DNA from: Pseudomonadota bacterium
GTDB taxonomy: Bacteria > Pseudomonadota > Alphaproteobacteria > Sphingomonadales > Sphingomonadaceae
Direction: 5' to 3'
Length of the DNA: 64,000 nucleotides
NCBI GenBank assembly: GCA_023458055.1
Contig: JAEXAW010000084.1
Coordinates: 140,468 to 204,467, forward strand
This document shows positions 8,335-17,058 of this stretch, piece by piece. The notes beneath the pieces are model-generated. The model made no database searches. It had not been told where the DNA came from and saw only the letters and a list, made by a program, of their open reading frames with translations. The translations under genes were made by a program, and so were the position numbers. Within the stretch, counting starts at the first letter, position 1. Every line of letters begins with the position of its first letter.

Positions 8335-8838
8335 CTACTCGCTAGCGGCTTCCTTTGGATCGCGCAACAAAAAGGCCCGCGCGATCAGAATCAATACGCC
8401 AAAGGTGATCGCGACGTCGGCGAGGTTGAAAATCAGGAAGGGCCGGAATGTGCCGATATGGAAATCGGCATAATCGACCACATAGCCAAGCCGGATACGA
8501 TCCAGAATATTGCCCAGCGCGCCGCCAAGGATAAGGCCGAGCGCAATCGCATCCCAGCGCGCTTTTTCGCGCCACATCCACACCGTCACTAGCGCCGCGA
8601 CGACCACGGTAAGCCCGACCAGCAGCCAGCGCTGCGTGTCACTGCTCGCGGTCAGCATCCCCATCGATACGCCGTTATTTTCCGCATAAGTAAGCTTGAA
8701 GAAGGGCAAGAGGCCAATCCCCTGCTCGCCGCGTGATTGCAGCGCGAGCGGACCGGTCACGAAATATTTGATGAACTGGTCGGCGAGGAAGACCAGCACG
8801 GCGGCACTGAGGCCGAGGATGCGGTTTTTAGTTAACAT
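8335..8838 (-). CDS. lspA: Lipoprotein signal peptidase II
   Basis: 167 aa, 4 TM segments, with NNGVSMG and FNLADVAI motifs. Conserved position downstream of ileS. Confidence 0.93.
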   Translation of the reverse strand: MLTKNRILGLSAAVLVFLADQFIKYFVTGPLALQSRGEQGIGLLPFFKLTYAENNGVSMGMLTASSDTQRWLLVGLTVVVAALVTVWMWREKARWDAIALGLILGGALGNILDRIRLGYVVDYADFHIGTFRPFLIFNLADVAITFGVLILIARAFLLRDPKEAASE

Positions 8839-8869
8839 GGAAGGTCTTTACCTGTCCTTCAATAAGTAC

Positions 8870-8955
8870 GTCACCCTGAACTTGTTTCAGGGTCCATACG
8901 CCCCACCCTCTCAATGGCTCCGGGTCTATGGATGCTGAAACAAGTTCAGCATGAC
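8870..8955. repeat. REP/MITE-like element, family C (CTGAAACAAGTTCAG type)
   Basis: 29-nt inverted arms GTCACCCTGAACTTGTTTCAGGGTCCATA (8870-8898) and TATGGATGCTGAAACAAGTTCAGCATGAC (8927-8955). Each arm is itself a 7-bp hairpin. Confidence 0.65.
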
Positions 8956-8969
8956 AGTTGTTAAAAACC

Positions 8970-11900
8970 TCACGCATCCAGCACGCTTTCACACCGCGCG
9001 CATAGTGCGCCATCTTCCGGCACTTCGGGGAGGTGCCGCCAGCAGCGGCCGCATTTGTGGCGGGACGTCGCGGTGACTGCGACCTCGTCATCCGCGCTGT
9101 CGGCATAAGCCACGCTCGACACGATGCAGATTTCCGCCATGTCGATGTCGCCGAGATAATCAAACGCGCCCGCGCCCTTGCCGCCGATCACGACTTCGGC
9201 CTCGTTGCTCGAACGGATGATTTTTTCGCGGCGCAGCGGTTCGATCGCTTCGGTCACCATCTGGCGCAGCGCGCGAATATCCGCCCATTTTTGCGCGAAG
9301 CTATCCTCGCCCGCTTCGGCGTGGGGCACGCGCACCGCGTCGCTGGGCAGTTCCGGCAATTCCGGCCATTCAAGCATATGCACGCTCTCCGCACCCGGAT
9401 AGCGCGACTGCCACACTTCTTCCGCCGTAAACACCAGCACCGGCGCGGCATAGCGCACCATCGCCTGGAACAGCGTATCGAGCACGGTGCGGTAGGCGCG
9501 GCGCTTGGGGTCGCCCGGCGCATCGCAATAGAGGCAATCTTTCCGGATATCGAAGAAGAAGGCCGACAGATCCTCATTGGCGAAATCGCTCAAGAGCCGG
9601 ACATAGCTGTTAAAGTCGAAATCATCGACCGCCTGCTTGAGCTTCGCATCCATGTCGCTGAGCAAATGGAGCATATAGCGTTCCAGCTCGGGCATCTCGC
9701 TCACCGCCACCTTTTCGCTCTCGTCAAAGTCCGACAGCGCGCCGAGCATATAGCGGAAGGTGTTGCGCAATTTGCGATATTGGTCGCCGACGCCTGCAAG
9801 GATTTCCTTGCCGATGCGGTGGTCCTCGGTGAAATCGACCGACAGCGCCCACAGGCGGATAATGTCCGCGCCATAATCGCGCATCAAGTCGAGCGGCGAG
9901 ATGGTGTTGCCCAGCGACTTGGACATTTTCATGCCCTTCTGGTCCATCGTAAAGCCGTGGGTCAGCACCGCATTATAAGGCGCGCGGCCCCGCGTGCCGC
10001 AGCTTTCAAGCAGGCTCGATTGGAACCAGCCGCGATGCTGGTCCGACCCTTCGAGGTACAGATCAGCGGGCCAGCGCAAATCCGGCCAGCGCCCGGATTC
10101 GAGCGTGAACACATGGGTGCAGCCGCTATCGAACCACACGTCCAAAATGTCGGTGACGCGTTCATAATCGTCGAGCTTATAAGCCTCGCCGAGGTAGCTT
10201 TGCGCGGCCTCATCGTTCCACGCATCGACGCCCTTCGCGCGGATGCCTTCGACGATGCGGGCGTTGACTTGCGGGTCGACCAGATAGTCGCCGGACTTTT
10301 TGTGGACGAACAAGGTGATCGGTACGCCCCAGGCACGCTGGCGCGAAATCACCCAATCGGGGCGGCCTTCGACCATCGCGCCGATGCGGTTGCGCCCTTT
10401 TTCCGGGACAAAGCGCGTGTCGGCAATCGCTTGCATCGCGACCTCGCGCAAAGTCGGCGCGGCACAGATATCTTCCTCCGCCGGATTGATCGCCCCGCCC
10501 TCATTTTCCCAGCGCTTTTCCTGTTTGGTCTTGGGGCTGATATGGGTCAGCACCTTGTCCATCGGGATGAACCATTGCGGGGTGCAGCGATAGATCACCT
10601 TGGCCTTGGAACGCCATGAATGCGGATAGCTATGGACGAAATCCGCCGACGCCGCGAGCAAAGCGCCTGCTTCGCGCAGGTCCGAACAGATCGGGCCATC
10701 GGGCGCATTAAACTTGGAATTGATGACCGATCCTTGACCGCCCAGCCACGCCCAATCCTCGCGATATTTCCCATCGCCCTCGACCGCAAACACGGGGTTG
10801 ATGCCATTGGCTTTGCAGAGCTCAAAGTCATCCTCGCCATGATCGGGGGCCATATGGACGAGACCGGTGCCCGCGTCGGTCGTAACAAAATCGCCGGGGA
10901 GGAACGGGCGGGGGCGGAGATAAAATTCGGCGAGCGGTGAATCAGGGTGAACGGTCTTAAGCCCCTCCCCTTCAGGGGAGGGGTTGGGGTGGGGACTGTC
11001 AACAAGCGCTGAGTCAGGCGGACATTCCCCACCCCCAGCCCCTCCCCTAAAGGGGAGGGGAGATTCGAACAGCTTCGCCATCGGATGGCGGGCGATGGTG
11101 CCAGCAAGGTCAGAGCCTTTGCCACGCCAGACGACTGCTTGATCAAGTTCCCACCAAGTTTCTGCTTCCGATACGGACGCTGACAGCGATCGGAAAAATC
11201 TGCTTGCAGCGCCTTCCAACAGAGGTTCGGCAACCAAAAACGAAGCGGTAAGATTTGCCGCGAGAGGATTCTCCATCTCTCGTTCGGCCATCTCAGAATT
11301 CTTGGAATAGAGCATCGCCGTCAATGAAACGGCAACATACTCAACCTCCGGCCCATAAGCGATCGCCTGGTTCACCGGAATCGTCCACGGCGTCGTCGTC
11401 CAGATTACCGCATGGGCACCCACCAATTCAGGGATGGGACTCTCCACAATCTCGAACGCCACATCAATCTGCGTCGAGGTGATGTCCTCATATTCCACCT
11501 CGGCTTCGGCGAGCGCGGTTTTTTCGACCGGGGACCACATCACCGGTTTCGCGCCGCGATAAAGCTGGCCGGTTTCGGCGAATTTCATCAGCTCGGCAAC
11601 GATGGTCGCCTCGGCGTTGAAATCCATGGTGAGGTAGGGATTATCCCAATCGCCGCCGATGCCGAGGCGCTTTAGCTGCTCGCGCTGGGTATCCACCCAA
11701 TGCTGCGCATAGGCGCGACATTCCGCGCGGAATTCCTCGACCGGAACTTCGTCCTTGTTGAGTTTCTTCTTGCGATATTGCTCCTCGACCTTCCATTCAA
11801 TCGGGAGACCATGGCAATCCCAGCCGGGCACATAGGGCACATCCTTGCCCTTCAGGCTCTGGGTGCGGACGACCATGTCTTTCAAGATATGGTTCAAGGC

Positions 11901-12119
11901 ATGGCCGATATGCATGTCGCCATTGGCATAAGGCGGGCCGTCATGGAGGATGAATTTTTCACGCCCCCGCCGCGCATCGCGCAGCTTTTCGTAAAGCTGC
12001 TCCTCCTGCCATTTGGCAAGAATGATCGGCTCCTTCTGCGGCAACCCGGCCTTCATCGGAAAGTCGGTCTGGGGCAGGAAGACAGTGTCTTTATAATCGG
12101 GTTTCGGCGCGTCAGTCAT
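8970..12119 (-). CDS. ileS: Isoleucine--tRNA ligase
   Basis: 1049 aa. HIGH motif (HIGHALN), KMSKS motif (KGMKMSKS), and C-terminal Cys cluster (CGRCWRH...CARC). Contains an in-frame repeat element (see 10961-11062). Confidence 0.97.
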   Translation of the reverse strand: MTDAPKPDYKDTVFLPQTDFPMKAGLPQKEPIILAKWQEEQLYEKLRDARRGREKFILHDGPPYANGDMHIGHALNHILKDMVVRTQSLKGKDVPYVPGWDCHGLPIEWKVEEQYRKKKLNKDEVPVEEFRAECRAYAQHWVDTQREQLKRLGIGGDWDNPYLTMDFNAEATIVAELMKFAETGQLYRGAKPVMWSPVEKTALAEAEVEYEDITSTQIDVAFEIVESPIPELVGAHAVIWTTTPWTIPVNQAIAYGPEVEYVAVSLTAMLYSKNSEMAEREMENPLAANLTASFLVAEPLLEGAASRFFRSLSASVSEAETWWELDQAVVWRGKGSDLAGTIARHPMAKLFESPLPFRGGAGGGECPPDSALVDSPHPNPSPEGEGLKTVHPDSPLAEFYLRPRPFLPGDFVTTDAGTGLVHMAPDHGEDDFELCKANGINPVFAVEGDGKYREDWAWLGGQGSVINSKFNAPDGPICSDLREAGALLAASADFVHSYPHSWRSKAKVIYRCTPQWFIPMDKVLTHISPKTKQEKRWENEGGAINPAEEDICAAPTLREVAMQAIADTRFVPEKGRNRIGAMVEGRPDWVISRQRAWGVPITLFVHKKSGDYLVDPQVNARIVEGIRAKGVDAWNDEAAQSYLGEAYKLDDYERVTDILDVWFDSGCTHVFTLESGRWPDLRWPADLYLEGSDQHRGWFQSSLLESCGTRGRAPYNAVLTHGFTMDQKGMKMSKSLGNTISPLDLMRDYGADIIRLWALSVDFTEDHRIGKEILAGVGDQYRKLRNTFRYMLGALSDFDESEKVAVSEMPELERYMLHLLSDMDAKLKQAVDDFDFNSYVRLLSDFANEDLSAFFFDIRKDCLYCDAPGDPKRRAYRTVLDTLFQAMVRYAAPVLVFTAEEVWQSRYPGAESVHMLEWPELPELPSDAVRVPHAEAGEDSFAQKWADIRALRQMVTEAIEPLRREKIIRSSNEAEVVIGGKGAGAFDYLGDIDMAEICIVSSVAYADSADDEVAVTATSRHKCGRCWRHLPEVPEDGALCARCESVLDA
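10961..11062. repeat. Family-B-like palindromic element embedded in-frame in ileS
   Basis: Inverted arms GCCCCTCCCC-ttca-GGGGAGGGGTTGGGGTGGGGA (10961-10995) and TCCCCACCCCCAGCCCCTCCCC-taaa-GGGGAGGGGAG (11026-11062). 102 nt equals 34 codons, translated as SPLPFRGGAGGGECPPDSALVDSPHPNPSPEGEGL. Confidence 0.7.
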
Positions 12120-12186
12120 AGGATTTGCGCCTTAGGGGAGTGGGGCCGTGGATTCAACCGGTGATATGAACGGGAGATGTGTCCCC

Positions 12187-12335
12187 ATTCCTCCCCCGGG
12201 AGGGGGAGGGGGACCATTGCGAAGCAATGGTGGAGGGGATGGACAGGATGAGAGGGCGGTTTACGCAATCCCCTCCACCACATCTCCTTCGCTTCGCTCA
12301 GTCGTGCGGTCCCCCTCCCCGTTCCGGGGAGGAAT
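12187..12335. repeat. REP/MITE-like element, family B, filling the ribF-ileS spacer
   Basis: Inverted arms ATTCCTCCCCCGGGAGGGGGAGGGGGACC (12187-12215) and GGTCCCCCTCCCCGTTCCGGGGAGGAAT (12308-12335). Internal hairpin CCATTGC-gaa-GCAATGG and a 10-bp inverted repeat TGGAGGGGAT/ATCCCCTCCA. Confidence 0.65.
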
Positions 12336-13271
12336 TTACCGGGTGCGCAACACCGCCCGCGCGTCGTCACAATCCTTCGCGATCTGGGCCATCAGCGCGT
12401 CCAAACTTTCGAACTTTTCCTCGCCGCGCAGGAAGGCGTGGAATTCGACCTCCACCATCTGCCCGTATAAATCCTCGGCAAAATCGAAGAAGTGCGGTTC
12501 CAATAATTCCTTGGGCGGATCGAAGGTCGGGCGGATGCCGATGTTGGCTGCGCCATCGAGCAGGCGGCCATCCTCCAGCCTCCCCTTCACCGCATAGATG
12601 CCATAACGCGGGCGGAGATAATGGCCCATGTCGATATTGGCGGTGGGAAAGCCCAGTTTGCGGCCGTTCTTGTCGCCATGCTGGACCGCGCCTTCAATCG
12701 CGAACGGGCGGGTCAGGAGGCGGGTGGCGGTGGCGCAATCGCCTGCTTGCAACGCCTCGCGGATGCGGGTGGAGGAGACGATTTCGCCGCCCTCTTCGAC
12801 CGGGCCGACGGTGCGCACGCCGATGCCGACCTCCGCGCCGATTGCGCGCAGCAGGCCGATATTGCCGCCGCGCTTGTGGCCGAAGGTGAAGTCGTCGCCC
12901 GTCACGACGCCCGCGACGCCCATCTCTTCGCCCAAAATGCGGCGGACAAATTCTTCTGCCGGGACACTGGCCATAGGGGCGCCAAATTCGAACACAAACA
13001 TCGCGTCCGCGCCTGCTTCTTCAAACAAGCGCTGCCGCTGGTCGAGCGTGGTGAGGCGAAACCATGGCGCGTCGGGCACGAAATGGCGCACCGGGTGGGG
13101 GTCGAACGTCGCGATAATCGCGGGCCGCCCCTCGGCTTTGGCCCACGCGATTGCCTCGCCCGCGACCGCCTGATGCCCCAAATGGAACCCGTCAAAATTG
13201 CCGAGCGCGACAATCGCCCCGCGATAGGGGGCCGGGATCGGCGCGGCGCTGGTGAGGCGGGGGATGGTCAT
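12336..13271 (-). CDS. ribF: Bifunctional riboflavin kinase / FMN adenylyltransferase
   Basis: 311 aa. GNFDGFHLGHQ motif (nucleotidyltransferase) and GFPTANI (kinase domain). Confidence 0.95.
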   Translation of the reverse strand: MTIPRLTSAAPIPAPYRGAIVALGNFDGFHLGHQAVAGEAIAWAKAEGRPAIIATFDPHPVRHFVPDAPWFRLTTLDQRQRLFEEAGADAMFVFEFGAPMASVPAEEFVRRILGEEMGVAGVVTGDDFTFGHKRGGNIGLLRAIGAEVGIGVRTVGPVEEGGEIVSSTRIREALQAGDCATATRLLTRPFAIEGAVQHGDKNGRKLGFPTANIDMGHYLRPRYGIYAVKGRLEDGRLLDGAANIGIRPTFDPPKELLEPHFFDFAEDLYGQMVEVEFHAFLRGEEKFESLDALMAQIAKDCDDARAVLRTR

Positions 13272-13296
13272 GGCGCGGTGCCCGTTTCAGAGGTTT

Positions 13297-13740
13297 TACC
13301 CACCCCGAAAATTGGCCCGCCAATTTTCGACCCTCCCTCGAAGGGAGGGTGGATGGGTAGCGCACCAACGTCTCGCCCTCCTTTATAGGGAGGGCTAGCG
13401 CGTGTAACACCAACCTCCCACCCTCCCTTATAGGGAGGGTCAAAAGGCGTGAGCCTTTTGGGGTGGGTATGCCCGATAGGTTTGACCCACCCCGAAAATT
13501 GGCCCGCCAATTTTTGACCCTCCTTGAAAGGGAGGGTAGATGAGTAGCGCACCAACGCCCGAGCGCCCCTGAAAGGGAGGGTGGATGGATCACGCGCCAA
13601 TGCCCCACCCTCCCTTTTAGGGAGGATCAAAAGGCGGAAAGCCTTTTGGGGTGGGTGTAGTTCCGCCATGCGGCAAGGCCTTACCCACCCCGAAAATTGT
13701 TGCCAATTTTCGACCCTCCCTGAAAGGGAGGGTGAGGTGG
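13297..13740. repeat. Array of five full plus two partial family-A double-hairpin units (about 55 nt each), in alternating orientation, forming about 2.3 copies of a 187-198-bp higher-order repeat
   Basis: Units at 13297-13352, 13417-13469, 13484-13538, 13603-13657 and 13682-13740. Each unit has a CCCACCCC end, a variable A/T-rich hairpin (e.g. GAAAATTGG-cccg-CCAATTTTC) and the hairpin ACCCTCCCT-nnnn-AGGGAGGGT. Confidence 0.85.
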
Positions 13741-13764
13741 CGCGCTGTTTGACCGTGGCCTTCA

Positions 13765-14949
13765 TCACCCCTCCGGCAATGTCTGCATGAGGACGCGGGC
13801 GACATTGCCGCCCATGACCTTGGCGATGTCTGCATCGCTCAGCCCGGCGTCGATCAGTGCCTGGGTGACATGCGCAACGCCGCTGGTGTCGAACCCCGTC
13901 GTCACCGCGCCGTCGAAATCGGAGCCGAGCGCGACATGGTCGATCCCCGCAATGTCGCGGACATGGAGGATCGCCTTGGCGATATCGGCGGGCTTCAACG
14001 AACAGACCGCGCCATCCCAATAGCCGATGCCGACCACGCCGCCGGTTTTGGCGATGCCCTTCACTTCCTCGTCGGTCAAATTGCGGTTGACCTTGCAGGT
14101 TGCCTGTACCCCGCCATGCGAGGAGATGACCGGCTTGGTCGCCATCGCCAACACCTCGGCGACGCCCTTGTGCGAGAGGTGCGCGATGTCGACGATAATC
14201 CCGCGCGCTTCCATGTCGCGGACGATCTGGCGGCCGAAGGGGGTCAGCCCCGCCTGCTTGATGCCGTGCATCGAGGAGCCGAGTTCATTGTCGAAAAAAT
14301 GGGTCAGCCCCGCCATGCGCAGGCCCGCATCATAAAGGCGGCCCAGATTGGCCTCCTTGCCTTCAAGATCATGCAGCCCCTCGACCGAAAAGAGCGCGCC
14401 GACGGGCTTGCCGTAAAGTTTGCTGAGGCCGGGGCCAGCGCGCGCGGTCATCAGATTGGCAAGATCGGCTTTGGTGCGAATGAGCCGCAATGCGCCGCCC
14501 GATGCCTTGGCGGCGGCTTCCAGTTTTTGCGCATGATAAAGGCTGCGCTCGAACAGCGAAAACCAGGTGCGCGGCGGCTGCAACTGGCCGATGCTGAGCA
14601 AGGTGATGCTGTCGCTGTCGCCACTATTGTGGTCGTAGTTGATCCCGCGCGGGGTTTTCGAAACCGAGGAAAACACCTGTAGCCCTACCCCGCCCTGCAC
14701 CAATCGCGGCAAATCGACATGGCCGCGGCTGCTTTGGGTGAGCAGGCCGCGTTTCCACATCAAAGCGTCGGAATGAAGATCGGCGATGAACAGTTTTTCA
14801 TGCAGCGCGGCAGCGCGCTGCGATACGGCGCTGGGATCGCCGACCACCTTGTTCATGCTGTTTTCGGCGATGCCGGGCGCGAGCGTGAAGAAGGCGACCG
14901 CGCTCGCCGCGACCAGACCCGCAATCAGCCAGAGCCGCTTGCGCTTCAC
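13765..14949 (-). CDS. Membrane dipeptidase (peptidase M19 family)
   Basis: 394 aa with an N-terminal signal/anchor. Motifs HSDALMW, DIAHLS and ALGSDFDG. The GTG start overlaps the folA stop (GTGA). Confidence 0.88.
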   Translation of the reverse strand: MKRKRLWLIAGLVAASAVAFFTLAPGIAENSMNKVVGDPSAVSQRAAALHEKLFIADLHSDALMWKRGLLTQSSRGHVDLPRLVQGGVGLQVFSSVSKTPRGINYDHNSGDSDSITLLSIGQLQPPRTWFSLFERSLYHAQKLEAAAKASGGALRLIRTKADLANLMTARAGPGLSKLYGKPVGALFSVEGLHDLEGKEANLGRLYDAGLRMAGLTHFFDNELGSSMHGIKQAGLTPFGRQIVRDMEARGIIVDIAHLSHKGVAEVLAMATKPVISSHGGVQATCKVNRNLTDEEVKGIAKTGGVVGIGYWDGAVCSLKPADIAKAILHVRDIAGIDHVALGSDFDGAVTTGFDTSGVAHVTQALIDAGLSDADIAKVMGGNVARVLMQTLPEG

Positions 14950-15446
14950 GGCTGCGTTTTCCGCTGGAAGGTTACGAAGCTATAGGCGGGCCGTCCGCCT
15001 TCTGCCGGATGATCGATGCACGACACTTTCTGCCATTGATCGTCCGGATAGGGGATGGCGGCATCGCCTTGTGGCGTTGCGTGCACCTCGGTCAATTCGA
15101 TCCGGTCGGCATGCGGCAGGAACAGATTATAGATTTCCGCGCCGCCGATCACCGCGACATGCGGCGCATTGGCGATTTTGAGCGCGTCTTCAATGCTGTG
15201 CGCGACGGCGACGCCCTCTTCTTCCCACGCTTCGTCGCGGGTAAGCACGATGTGCGGGCGGCCCTCCAATATGCCGGGGAGGCTATCAAAGGTTTTCCGC
15301 CCCATAATCATCGGCTTGCCCATGGTGAGCTGTTTGAAACGCCGCAAATCCGCCGGGATATGCCAGGGCATCTTGCCCTGATTGCCGATCACGCCATTGT
15401 CGGCGCGCGCCATGATGAGGATGATTTCGGGATGATCGCGGCGCAT
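14946..15446 (-). CDS. folA: Dihydrofolate reductase
   Basis: Starts at Met54 of the ORF: [56 protein letters not shown]. The start overlaps the purK stop by 1 nt (TAATG). Confidence 0.92.
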   Translation of the reverse strand: MRRDHPEIILIMARADNGVIGNQGKMPWHIPADLRRFKQLTMGKPMIMGRKTFDSLPGILEGRPHIVLTRDEAWEEEGVAVAHSIEDALKIANAPHVAVIGGAEIYNLFLPHADRIELTEVHATPQGDAAIPYPDDQWQKVSCIDHPAEGGRPAYSFVTFQRKTQP

Positions 15447-16573
15447 TAGGCATGGACCTCGCTTGTGCGGGAGAGCCCCGGCAGGACAGGTTCGGCATCC
15501 CCGGCGAGCACCCAGGTCGCATGGCCCATCTTGCGGCCGGGGCGGCCTTTGCCCTTGCCGTAGAGATGGAGGTGGCAGTGCGGGTCGGCGAGATAGTCCG
15601 GCCAATCATCGACCGCATCGCCGATGAGATTGTGCATCACGACTTTGCCTCCCAGCGTTTCGGTGCTGCCGAGCGGGAGCCCGCATATCGCGCGGATGTG
15701 ATTTTCAAACTGACTGGTGAGTGCGCCTTCGATGGTCCAATGCCCGCTATTGTGGACGCGCGGGGCCATTTCGTTGAACACGGGTCCCTCGGCACTCGCA
15801 AAATATTCGCAGGCCATGACGCCGACATAATCGAGCGCTTCGGCAATTTCGGCGGTGAGGCGGCGGGCGGCGGCGATGCTGTCGCCAAGCGCATCCGGCG
15901 CGGGGACCAAACTGCGGTCAAGGATGCCATCGACATGGATATTTTTGGGCGCGTCCCACGCCTTGACCATGCCGTTGGGACTGCGCGCGAGCAGAATCGA
16001 AAATTCGTGAGTGAAAGTCACAAAGCCTTCGAGCACGGCGGGCTGTTCGCCAATCGCGGCCCATGCGGCGCGGGCTTCGTCGGCGGCGCGGATGACCACC
16101 TGCCCCTTGCCATCATAGCCCATGCGCCGGGTTTTGAGGATTGCGGGCGTGCCCATCAAGGTGAGCGCATCGTCAAGATCGCCAAGGCTGTTGATCGCCT
16201 GATAGGGTGCGGGATGTCCGCCCAGCCGCCGGACAAAATCTTTTTCGAGCAAGCGGTCCTGCGCGATTTCGAGCGCGCGCGTGTTGGGCCGGACCTTGGC
16301 CCCGAGCGCCGCTATCGGCGCGGCAGGGAGATTTTCAAATTCATAGGTGACGACCGCGCAGGCTTTTGCAAACGCCGCCATCGCCGCCGCATCATCATAA
16401 CCCCCTTGCGTCCAGTGGGTCGAAACCTCGAACGCCGGTCCCGAACTTTCCGGCGCATAGATATGCGTGCGATACCCCAATTGCGCCGCAGCCATGGCGA
16501 GCATCCGCCCCAACTGGCCGCCGCCGATAATGCCAATGGTCGCCCCCGGCTCGATCCTTCCCGATGACGTCAT
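15446..16573 (-). CDS. purK: N5-carboxyaminoimidazole ribonucleotide synthase
   Basis: 375 aa ATP-grasp protein with [13 protein letters not shown]-terminus. 4-nt overlap with purE. Confidence 0.95.
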   Translation of the reverse strand: MTSSGRIEPGATIGIIGGGQLGRMLAMAAAQLGYRTHIYAPESSGPAFEVSTHWTQGGYDDAAAMAAFAKACAVVTYEFENLPAAPIAALGAKVRPNTRALEIAQDRLLEKDFVRRLGGHPAPYQAINSLGDLDDALTLMGTPAILKTRRMGYDGKGQVVIRAADEARAAWAAIGEQPAVLEGFVTFTHEFSILLARSPNGMVKAWDAPKNIHVDGILDRSLVPAPDALGDSIAAARRLTAEIAEALDYVGVMACEYFASAEGPVFNEMAPRVHNSGHWTIEGALTSQFENHIRAICGLPLGSTETLGGKVVMHNLIGDAVDDWPDYLADPHCHLHLYGKGKGRPGRKMGHATWVLAGDAEPVLPGLSRTSEVHA

Positions 16574-17058
16574 GATGGCGTTTCAGCTACCTTGTCGCTT
16601 TGCGCTGCGCGCCAACCCTGCAAGCGGGTGGCGAGCGCGTCATCCTGCGTTGCGAGGATCGAGGCGGCCATCAGTCCCGCATTGGTCGCGCCCGCCTTGC
16701 CGATTGCCAGCGTCCCGACCGGAACCCCGCCCGGCATCTGGACAATCGACAAGAGGCTATCCATCCCGCTCAATGCTTGCGACTGCACCGGCACGCCGAG
16801 TACCGGGAGCCAGGTCATGCTCGCAACCATGCCGGGAAGATGCGCCGCGCCGCCCGCGCCTGCAATGATCACCTTATAGCCCGCACCCGCCGCCGCCTTG
16901 GCATAGTCCACCAGCCGGTCGGGCGTCCGGTGCGCCGACACGATGCGGCAATCATGCGCCACGCCGAGTTCGCGCAGCACATGGCTGGCATGGATCATGG
17001 TCTCCCAATCGGACTGGCTTCCCATTATGATGCCAACCAAGGGCGTGTCAGCAGCCAT
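16570..17058 (-). CDS. purE: N5-carboxyaminoimidazole ribonucleotide mutase
   Basis: 162 aa with [10 protein letters not shown] and [10 protein letters not shown] motifs. Confidence 0.96.
   Translation of the reverse strand: MAADTPLVGIIMGSQSDWETMIHASHVLRELGVAHDCRIVSAHRTPDRLVDYAKAAAGAGYKVIIAGAGGAAHLPGMVASMTWLPVLGVPVQSQALSGMDSLLSIVQMPGGVPVGTLAIGKAGATNAGLMAASILATQDDALATRLQGWRAAQSDKVAETPS

Noticed and set aside
13297-13740. Possible CRISPR array, because of regularly spaced repeats.
   Set aside because: The repeats alternate in orientation and are nested palindromes of about 55 nt. The spacers are themselves conserved between periods (a higher-order tandem repeat). No cas genes are present, and the same units occur as isolated inverted pairs elsewhere.
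13192-14020. ORFs of 250 aa (13268-14020, minus) and 138 aa (13192-13608, minus) running through the ribF-dipeptidase spacer.
   Set aside because: They are read-throughs of the family-A repeat array, with reiterated PPFEGG/LPFKEG/GWVKP peptides produced by the hairpins. They also overlap the real dipeptidase gene. No coding evidence.
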